This document shows positions 9,486 to 19,221 of a stretch of DNA of 25,917 nt, in pieces. The number at the start of each line of letters is the position of its first letter. The first letter of the stretch is position 1. The DNA is taken from contig OZ316898.1 of assembly GCA_973895155.1 (NCBI GenBank), positions 10,721,738 through 10,747,654 on the forward strand, in the 5' to 3' direction. Both the position numbers and the translations under genes were made by a program. The stretch comes from Marsupella aquatica (taxonomy: Eukaryota; Plantae; Marchantiophyta). The notes beneath the pieces were generated by a model that was not told the origin of the DNA, did not search any database, and was given only the letters and a program-made list of their open reading frames with translations.

Positions 9486-11379
9486 AAAATTAATCCGTGG
9501 ACCCCCATGTTCATCCAAGGAATGTGTGTGTAAAAAAGTGAAATCAATTTTTGGCAAGGCGGTAACAGATGGTTTTGAGTCTCCTGGTGGTCTTGGTGTG
9601 TGCTCCTACAAAAAAGAATGTTCAAAAGATAGAGGAGATCGATCTGGTTGAGATGATCTATCTGGTTTATCAAACGAAAGGTTGAATGTGGAAGAATTGA
9701 GTTTTTTACTATTTTCACTTACTCATTGGAGAAATCGTGTTTCTACCATTCCTGATTGATCGTTTGTGGCTTAGAACATTATTCTTTGATCCTTTGGAGT
9801 TCAAAGGCTTGCCCTCACTCCCACTCACTGATGGGCTCTGGGAATGTATTCAGTTGTCCACTGTTAGTTAGTTGGCAAATTTCTGCCAAAATCTTGCCTC
9901 CAACTACTGGCAACTGATACTGAGAAAATCTGGAGGGAAAAAGTCAAATTAGCCAAAATCCGTCTTCAGCTGCAGTTAAATTCACTCAAGGATTCACTAG
10001 ATCTCCAAAGATCTGGTGGCTTGCCTTAAGTTCAGGAAAAATTTAACAGGTTTCCATAAATTCATGAATATTATACAAAAAAAATTCATGTTGGGTTAAT
10101 AAACTAATATTTTTCATGACACACAAAATGAATATCATGGTAATCAACCAATGGGATTAACATTTGTTACCAGTCACTCATATTGGTGTAGCGTAGTGGC
10201 CCCGTCAAACTCAAACATCATTTTGGTTGTCTGAGTCTTGTTGTTTTCTCTTGACGGCCTGGTACTTGGAAAATTTCCACTACTCAGCCGGCCTAGCAGA
10301 GTCATTCGTTCACTTAGTGGTTGTGGTCTTTCCTAGAGAAATCTATAGGGCAAATATGGCTTTTTCACTTTTTCACTTTTTTACTTGCAGACTCACTTTT
10401 TCAACTTGGTAGCCTTGTGGAGTCATCTTAGCCTCATTGAGTAAGAAGGTTCCATGTGCAAACTCCCAATACCTGATTCCCTTGAGACCAATCACCGATG
10501 GGGTTGCACCAATACCCGATACCTGTGCTACCAATAACAGATGGGGTTGCAATACTCATGAGTCCACAAATCCCTGCTGTACTTTTTGCTTTGCATTTCT
10601 ATGGGTGATGATCGATGAGCCATGACCCCCCTGCCAGCCTGACCTGAGGGTTATGAGATTTCAGCCCCCTTGGCTACCCCACCTGGAGGCTTGTCCAATT
10701 TCAGGCAAAACTTGCAGGTCATCAATAAAGTAAAAGTACACTTGGGGCATATGCTTGTTAATCCATGGCCATGGCTATAACCCTCTGGGCCTCACTCCAC
10801 TCCAGCAATCACTCCTGCAATTACATCCCATAACTCCCTTGGAGCCATGTATTACCTTACACCATATATTTTCCCTCCCTGACCAGTGAGCCATTAAACT
10901 CCCTCATAGTATACACGGAAAAATGGTTGCAGTCAACAGTAGTGTAGATGAACAAGAGACTGTATCTGTTAGGGCACAAATTCACCGTGCAAGTTCGTCT
11001 TATTAGTTACACAGCTCTCTGCCTTACGCCTTTTGAGTGTTTCTTGAGCTGTTCTTGAGCTTCTGTTGCAGGCTTCACGAGCTGCTACTGGTATTGGATC
11101 TCCTCCTCTGCAAGCCTTGCTTTCCTTGCTATGCTTTCCTTTCCGTTGCTTCCCATCCCGCTTGTAAGCTGCTTCCGGCAGATACCCCGGCAGATACCCA
11201 CTTTGCGTCTGTGCCCCTGTTTGTCTTGATCATTTATGACTTTTAGCGTTTGCCACCTCCTCTTGCTATGTCAATGTGGTCGGGGTTTTGACAATGTTCG
11301 AGTCCAATGCAATGTGGTGCTGTGGCAGGCAGGCAGAGCACCGGAATTTGTTGAGGAGGTCAAAAGCGTTTAGATCGCC

Positions 11380-14319
11380 ATGGGCAAGGGACCGGGTTTT
11401 TACCATGAGATTGGGAAGAAGGCCAAAGGTAGCGTATAACAATGCCTTACGAGTGTGTCCGAGAAAAAGTTTGGCGCAGTTTGTTTTGATTTTTGCCTGA
11501 GGTTTCTGATGGGTGAGAATCAATACAAAGCGTCGTTAGTTGATTCCTGCGACGCTGTGTAGAAAACTAAGGCAGATCTTGTAAAGTGAGCATAGTTTTC
11601 GGTTTGTGAGAATCTATGAATGATCGTCAAGAGGGGAGTTCTTAGATTCTAGAATTATCCGAAAGCTATTCTGGCCGAACGAAAGAATTAATTGCTACTG
11701 TGTTCATTGACGCTGTGGACTGTCGCTTTGGGAGGCTTTATTTAACTTCAATCGGTGCTTAGGATGCTACTTACTTGCGTCTCAAATTCGAGTGGAAAAC
11801 ACTAGCTCTTCTTCATGGGAACACTATACTATACAAAGCTGCCACATCTTAGTTTTCTTCAAGCGGCAATGCCAAACTCTAGTGGACATTGCGTCATGAA
11901 AGCACTCAAGAACAGTAGGTTGATTCACTTGCTGCGCGGCGTTTTGTGTTTTGGGAGGTCGAATATGTTCAGCACATCGGAACCTTAACAACCCTCTCTG
12001 GGTTTCATAATGATCTCACTGGGAGCACGCTAGAGTATGTGCAGAATAAAGTTCTCCCAGTCCAAGGATTTAATTGGATTTTCAAGCATTGATGTTGATG
12101 TTTTTTAAGAGGATGGTTCATGCCAAGGACTTCAAGGATAATGACAGCTGAGGTGGTTAGAATGAGATTTCAGTCTTTAATCTATGCAGTGAATTGCCAT
12201 CCTGAGATCCCAAAATTTTACTACTTATGATGCACTCATGAACAACATCGCTTCTGTTCAGATCTTATCAACAAGGATTATACCTATATACGATCCCGCC
12301 TACGATCAGAAGTTTACAGTCAACACAGCTACATCTGCTGGTCTGGTGAGACATCTTCAGTGTCCAAACCAGGTTTTTGAACGTATTCTTGTGTAAGCAT
12401 TGGAAGAAATAAACGACTGTGTGCATTACTTGCGACCAGTTGAGAGTTAGTTAGCATGATTGGTGAGGCATTTTTGGGTGAGGAGATCTAATTCTTGGGC
12501 GATAAGAGAATGGTGCCAAGTGACGTTTTCGATGAGGGGCTTTATTAGGGTTTTGTATAAGGTGACGAGATGTGCTAAAGGCACGTGATTATCAGCTTTT
12601 TGATCCTGCTGGACTTGTCCATGTCTCCGGAATTTCGTAACCACAGGAACCAAGAGGGGCAAGGGGTTTGCAGCTGATATTAGCACAACCTTCAAACGAC
12701 ATAATATCTCTGCGGACGTCAAAGTTGACACCAAATCAAATGTATGCTACTATGAGTTAGTTAGGTCCCTCTACAATACCAGTGTTTGAGTTTGCCTTTT
12801 CCGATATCAGGAGGACTGTTCCGTGTCTACTGTTGTAAACTGTGATTGGTCTTCTAAATTTTTCATAAAGTTGGTGTTTCTAGTGAATGCCCTCACTAAC
12901 ACATAGTATCAGCATTGTCAAGGCTGTTGCGTGCTCCCGCAAAGTACATCACTGTATATAAAGAACTCGATTTCCTTGAAACTCCGCTCTGAGAACTAGA
13001 AAAAGATTTATTATTGTCCCTATTCATATTGCCAGTGATTTTGTATTCGTTACATAATGAATCGTATGCATGGTATGTTCTCCAGATTTTAGCTAGTACT
13101 ATAACTGTTGATGAATTTGCTGCTGGTGCAAAGTCAATCTTCAGCTTCACACTACCGGACCAAAAGTCTGGCAAGGTAACGTTTTACATGGAATGGAGAA
13201 CTAGGTGTGTTTCTGCAGTGTTTTGTGTGTGCCGCTTTGTTTCATTCTTTTTCTCCATGATGTATGACCATGGACAGTGGATGGTCTTCCGCGTAATCAC
13301 TACAGATGTGTTGCATGTCTCCAGTCATTTGGAGTATCTATTTTCATGTCATATGGGGTTTAAATTAAAGGCAGCTTCACTGTTCTAGACATATCTGGCA
13401 CGGTGGAAGTTTGTCATTGTTGGACTCAAAAGGCAGTAGTAATAGCCTCCCAAGAATCTTTCTTTACTGGCCCAAAGTACTAAATCAGGCAGGGAAGATT
13501 CAGCGTAGGTACCACGAACTGAATGACTCGGTGACAATTTTCATTTTTTACCACATCCTGATCAATCAGTATTTCCAGACTAATTAATCTATCTAATGAT
13601 CTGTCCCTGCAGTTCTCAGGTTGAGGTGCAATATATGCATGATAATGTGGGTGTGACCACCAGTATAGGGTTGACACCCAATCCCCTTGTGGATCTCACT
13701 GCAGTGATGGGAAGGGATGGGTTTGTTTTGGGTGGGCAGGTGAGTTATGACACAACATCGGGAAGCCACACCAAGTACAATGCAGCTGTAGGCTTCAACA
13801 ATCCGGACTTCAGCACTGCAGTTCACTTGTATTGACCTACAACCCATTTTCCAGTTTTTATGAAGGGTAGAGGCTTACTTTGTCATCTTTGCACAGCGCA
13901 GGGCTTCCACGTTTAAAGGCAAAGATCAAACGTTCGGGCAAACGTTTCATGTTGCATGTATCTTAAGAATTGGAGTAAATGGTTTTTTAAATTCTGCATG
14001 GGTTATCATGTAGGCTGGACAAGGGCGATGTCGTGAAGGCTTCCTACCTCCAACTTGTAAACCCTGCATCACGGACACAAGTTGCGGCAGAGATTGCTCA
14101 CAGATTTTTGAAGAACGAGAATACTTTTACCGTCGGTGGTTATACGGATTGGATCCTTTGACTACAATCAAGGGATGCCTTACCAACCATGGGAAGTTGG
14201 CCACACTACTCTAGCATGAATGGAGGCCCAAATCTTTGGTCACCATATCTGGCGAGATTGACACCAAGGCTTTGGATAAGAGTGCCAAGATTGGTTTGGC
14301 CTTGGCTCTTAAACCATAA
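11380..14319 (+). pseudogene. VDAC: Mitochondrial outer-membrane porin (VDAC) non-processed pseudogene, 6 exons
   Basis: Exons 11380-11428 (MGKGPGFYHEIGKKAK), 12262-12345 (DLINKDY..DQKFTVNT), 12631-12741 (..DVKVDTKSN), 13086-13175 (TITVDE..PDQKSGK), 13620-13828 (VEVQYMHD..KYNAAVGF), 14014-14319 ([38 protein letters not shown]). Lesions: 16-nt insertion in exon 2 (~12283-12298), intron 2 acceptor CGG instead of CAG (12628-12630), 1-nt deletion at ~14141 giving TGA 14159-14161, and in-frame TAG at 14212-14214 in place of the Gln of LLQHEW. The repaired ORF is ~277 aa. Confidence 0.92.
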
Positions 14320-14985
14320 GATGTCAGTGATTAGGCCAATTGTCTGCTGGGGTGACTGTTCTCCTGAGACAGTGCTCATGATTTTTGACCTGGAAATTGT
14401 GAACATATCCTCTGCACCCTGTATTGCTGGGGGAGGTCACAATACAAGAGAATTGAACATTTATTTATCATGCGCAATTAAAAAAAATGAGATCTCGTTT
14501 TACCACGCATCATGTCCGTACCTTCAGAGAAAATCATGTGGCCTATTCCTAGTGAAAGGTGACCCCGTTAATGTCGACTGCTGTGTCTTTGAGGGTGTTT
14601 TTGCGTTGTTGTAAGGAACTAGAACTAGTCATGGAAATGAACTAGTCGGGCCAAGTTTGTCCTATTTTTGTTGCTGCACAGGAGAGTGATTTTGGTGTTT
14701 TGGCCCAGTTTCCTGGGGCATATCTTCAGCGATAGGAGAAGCTATCGCCTTTGTTGATTAAGTGAAAACTTGGCAAGAGCCCTTGATTTGTCATTTGATC
14801 TCAGGAAACTGTTGGCATTCGTGAAGAGGTAAATAATGGGTACTAATTCATTCTTCGCCATTTTGTAAGTGGGTCGTATACTCTGAATTGCGTGAATGCT
14901 ATTTCAAGGAATATGTTTCACATGGTTCAATATAATATTTTTCAGGAATAGACAAATGCACTAGACGATAGCAATGTACTGAACA

Positions 14986-15058
14986 AGTTGGAGTCTTACT
15001 CCGAACGAGTTGAGGGCAGTTGGAGTCTTACTCCGACAGAGTTGAGGGCCTCCAACTG
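14986..15058. repeat. 32-bp tandem duplication with fold-back
   Basis: AGTTGGAGTCTTACTCCGA..GAGTTGAGGGC at 14986 and 15018. CTCCAACTG (15050-15058) is the reverse complement of CAGTTGGAG (15017-15025). Confidence 0.85.
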
Positions 15059-15299
15059 ATACAATGAGAACGAGTACATGCATCAGGAAAAGGCATCCAA
15101 AATAGTAACTTGTAAAAAATTGAGCTGCTTGGCACGCCAGAATGAGGTGGACTTTGGTTTGGAATTAAGTTTCGCTATAGACGCAAATTGGTTATTGTGC
15201 TTTGACCCCCCTGTTTTAGTTTGTAAGTTGGACAATACTTACAAGCATCCTGTTTCATTTGTAAATTGGATAGTACTGACGAAGCACAAAGTTCTGTGA

Positions 15300-17900
15300 A
15301 GAATGAATTGTTGTAGGCATTCACAAATCCAAAATGTCAATACCCAATTCTCAGGAAGAAACCAAACAAATTCACGCTACAACCGTTCTTGCCCTCATAA
15401 AATCCTGTCCCAAGAGAAGGCCTCTGCTGCCCTTGGGCTTCATGAAAAACAATACCCTCATGAGAGTGCTAGGGCCTACTTACCTCGTGGTGAGAGCTCA
15501 AGGGCATCCTTGTGACATCAGGGGCACACCTCCCTCCTTGCACAAGGTCACCCAAAAATAAATAGAAGGGTGAGGCACTCTCATGTGGAGGGTATTGTGT
15601 AAGTTTCATTAAGCCTAAGTGTGTTTTGCTGTAGGCACCAACTGATTTGTTGTTCTTCCATACTTCCCCAGATTTATAAAGATGTAGGGTAACCCATGGC
15701 CTTGAGGGGGTTACAGCCCATAGCCCCCAAAGTGGCCATGAATAGGCCACCAACTTGTTTGTGTTCTTCCCTGCTTCTTTGAAATTTACAAGGGTTATAG
15801 GATGGGATAGCCCCTGGCCTCGAGTATTAGGAATTGACTCGGGTTTCCAACTATAATTAATTTGGCATTACTAGGGTTAATTGACCCTTGGTTAGTTTAG
15901 GATAAGATCCACTTATTTAGGCCCACACATCTTAGTCTCCCTTTGGGGGTATAGGTTGGAGGGAGAGAATGTTCTTTCTCATGAGCTATGGATTCTTCAG
16001 GAGTTAATTTCTCCATGATTGTGGTGTCTTGTCGGTGTAGTGTGAGATTGAGTGCTCTCATGTTCTGCATTGTTGTCTAGTTTGGAGCTGACGGTTTTCC
16101 TACACTGAGGAGGTTACAACCCCTAGTGTCTTAATAGACCATGAATTATCAAGGGTCTACCCAAAGCGTACTTTTGTTCTAATTTCATTGGAAACTTATC
16201 ATGCAAGTCTCATAACTTTGGAGCTAGGGTTGGCAGGGGTGCCCAGAATCTCACCCATGAGCCAGGTTGTCAAGGGGTGTTAACCCTCTTTGAAAAACAT
16301 GCTTGGAAGGAATCAAGACTTTGATCTGTCCCAGATCTGGATTGGGGACTCTTGATGCCAATCTTATTGCCAGGCTGGCAAAGGGTTATCACCCATAGTC
16401 TTCATCAATAAAGTACAAAGAAAGACTCACAGAGAGGGTTTAAGAAATTAACTCAGGATTGGGATGCAGTTACATTTGCAGTCACCTTAGTTAGTAGTGG
16501 GACAGGGCTAAGCTTATGACCCCCTCCAGCCCATGGGTTACCAAGGGTGAACCCTCAGTCCTTGCGAGTCTTCAAAAACCTATGCTTGGGAGTAACTGGG
16601 TTTCAATCTGTGCCAGATTGAATCAGGAAATCTTGGTGCCAATTTTGGTGACAGGATGGAGAGGGTAAGTTATCAACCACATACTTCAATGAAAATACAA
16701 AGAAAGACTAGCAAGGAGGGTTAAGGCTTATAACTGGCATACATTTACACATCCTTGGTACTTGGTACTGGGACTGAGTAGCATCAGACAGTCTTGGTTC
16801 TTGGTCACCCCAATAGCCTCATCCAGCCATTTGTTGTGGGAAAAAACTTTAGTACCTTAGAAGCAAGCTGGCAAATCACACTCAAGCTAAAATTTGAAAA
16901 AATCCCTCCTATTTGTTACAATCAAATCCAAGGTGGAGGGTGTGCCAGAAACTACTTTACAGTACATCAGCTGACTTCTAAAGTTGGTTGCCACCTGAGT
17001 AAACGATTTAAAACAAGAGCAAAATGCCTGGGCCCATCCTAACAGTGAACTGGGCAGCAACTGCCTGGGGGCGTTGTGGGCATTGATGGATGGATTTATT
17101 TCATCAACAACTTGAGAATAGGATAACCGAGCTCTGGGAGGGGTTCTAGTCTATAACCCTAACCTGCTGCAAGAATGTGAGAAAAAAAGTTCCCACAGCA
17201 TTTTTTTGTCCAAAAACATTAAAGGAACCCTAACATAAATTGCAGGGCACAAGACTAATTATGAGAATAGCAGGATGGAGTAGAAATGGGTTACCCACCT
17301 GTAACCTTTGTTCCATACACAAGTGACATATATTGGATAAGTGAGTTCACTTACCCTGGGAGTACGGTAAGTATTTTCAAACAGTACTTCTGGACCCAGG
17401 GTAATAGACTAGAACCCCCACCCAGACATTGGGTTTCATGGCTAATTTTTGTCCAGAAAAGGGCAATCTGGGTATAAGTTTCCAGGCACCAGCCTAAATT
17501 CTATTACTAAACCGGACTTAAATTAAAGGGCTAATAAAGTTTTATTTTGTTGTCTTGAACTGAAATGGGGATGAAATGCAATTAGACTCCTCCCACCCCA
17601 ATGTGATAGTTTTTCTATAGGGAACCCAGTCCAGGGTTAGCCCCAATGGATCAGACAGGGACTCACACCAGGAAGTAGAGAGGGTTAAATCAGGGTCACA
17701 AAGTGGAGAGAGAGGGTTAAATCAGGGTCACAAAGTGGATAACCAGGGGCCGGGTAGATAATCAGAACTCCAATCAACACTACCCACAAAACTCATCTCA
17801 GGCACAGTGGGGTGTGGAGGGGGAATTGAACCTGTTAATAAAGTTGCTGGCACAAGATTATTTATGAGAAAGTAGCAAGAAATGGTTACCCACAGGTAAA
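15300..17900. repeat. CpG-depleted, repeat-derived block (decayed transposon-like DNA, family unidentified)
   Basis: Very few CG dinucleotides. Diverged internal duplications at ~15636/15748 and ~16294/16575, and a direct repeat at ~17246/17849. Shares motifs CATCAATAAAGTA and ATGACCCCC..CCAGCC with 10620-10735. No transposase or RT motif recognised. Confidence 0.5.
17677..17739. repeat. 32-bp tandem duplication
   Basis: AGAGAGGGTTAAATCAGGGTCACAAAGTGGA at 17677 and 17709. Confidence 0.9.
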
Positions 17901-18427
17901 ATTCGTATCGTACAAAATACAGTAGCTCAGCTCAGCTTGACCGTAAGGTACAGTAGTTGGTTTGGTTTGGTTGATTGGTTGATTTGGTTCAGCCAGCCAG
18001 GCAGGCAGATCCGCTCGTGCAGGTTGTTATGATTACTGTCTTGTTGGTGTGGCCGCATTCTTCATCTTCATCCATCCCAGTCCAGTTGTAAGTTGGATGT
18101 TCTTCCGGTTCCGGATGCTCGGACGGACGGGACGCACGCATGCTATCTGATCGTTTGCGCAAGAAAGCACTCTCGCAAAGCACGAGACAATGCGATGCAA
18201 TACAATACAATGCGATTAATTAATGAAACCCGCCTCCATATCTGCAGCAGCAGCAACGATCGCGGGATTTGAGGGAAGAAGATCGGATCCACGCAGACCG
18301 TAGACGTAGAGAGAGAGAGGGAGAGAGGGAGGCTCAGATCATGCGCCTCACGTAATTGTATGGGATCGGGAGATGGGGTGGTCGAGATCTGATCGTTTCA
18401 ACGGAAAAGCATGGGAGAGATGGTTTG

Positions 18428-18646
18428 ATGAAACTGAGCCAGAAGCAGAGGCAGAAGGGGAAGCAGAAGGTGAAGGTTGAGGAGGAGGAGGAAGGTCCCG
18501 GGGAGATTAAATGGGGTTGGGAGGAGAGTCTGATGTGTAGACCTCCGGCAAAGAAAGTGCTTCGCTGGATTGAGAGACTCTGCAAGCACAAGTGGTGGCT
18601 GCTGATACTCATGAGCCCCGGCAGCCTGGAGGACACGTACTACTAA
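18428..18646 (+). CDS. Candidate small ORF / uORF (72 aa) upstream of XTH
   Basis: MKLSQKQRQKGKQKVKVEEEEEGPGEIKWGWEESLMCRPPAKKVLRWIERLCKHKWWLLILMSPGSLEDTYY*. It follows a GA-rich tract (~18308-18332) and precedes a GTACGT donor at 18688. No family recognised. Confidence 0.3.
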   Translation: MKLSQKQRQKGKQKVKVEEEEEGPGEIKWGWEESLMCRPPAKKVLRWIERLCKHKWWLLILMSPGSLEDTYY

Positions 18647-19221
18647 CTTTTGATCATCGTCGGCAGGGAGGGAGGGGGAGGGTGGCGGTACGTTGTGCAA
18701 ACGAAGTCCACGCACGGATTGAGCGAGTAAAATAGGGGGCCATCATTCGGGAGAGGTTCCTGAGATCCCGCGTTGGGAGGGAGTCTCGTGCTGTGTGCAG
18801 GAAAATAATGGAGCACGCACGTAGACTTGCAGTACTCCTTCAGATCCCGATAAGTAATGTTGGATGAGTAGGAATGATGTTGCCCAGCTGGAAACTTTGC
18901 AGAGCAGACGCTTGTTCGTAGGAGTCTGAGCGACGGGCTAGGAGCTGGAGAGCTCTGGAAGGACTCTCTGTCCCTCTCAGGTCCTCTGGCTCGTCTGTTC
19001 TGGAAGGGGACGGTAGGCCTCAATTCGCATGTTGTTGAATTGGTTTGTTAGGCAGATCGAACCCCGGGCAGAACTTCTTGCCGTGGACATTGCAATCAAG
19101 ACAGTGTCAGCCTAGAGTTAACTTTTCTATTTCAGACTTGTTGACTAGCTAGAGAGCTGACGGTGGACAAGAGGAATCCTGGTCTTGCCTGTGGTCCCGA
19201 ATTCACCGACCTGCTGACCAA

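Noticed and set aside
14212-14214. TAG corrected by U-to-C RNA editing or readthrough
   Set aside because: Such editing is organellar, this is a nuclear spliced gene, and an upstream frameshift already truncates the protein.
14189-14614. 141-aa ORF
   Set aside because: Off-frame reading of VDAC exon 6 and its 3' UTR.
17807-17836. tRNA B-box-like GGTTCAATTCC on the minus strand
   Set aside because: No A-box or cloverleaf could be built, so neither a tRNA nor a SINE is supported.
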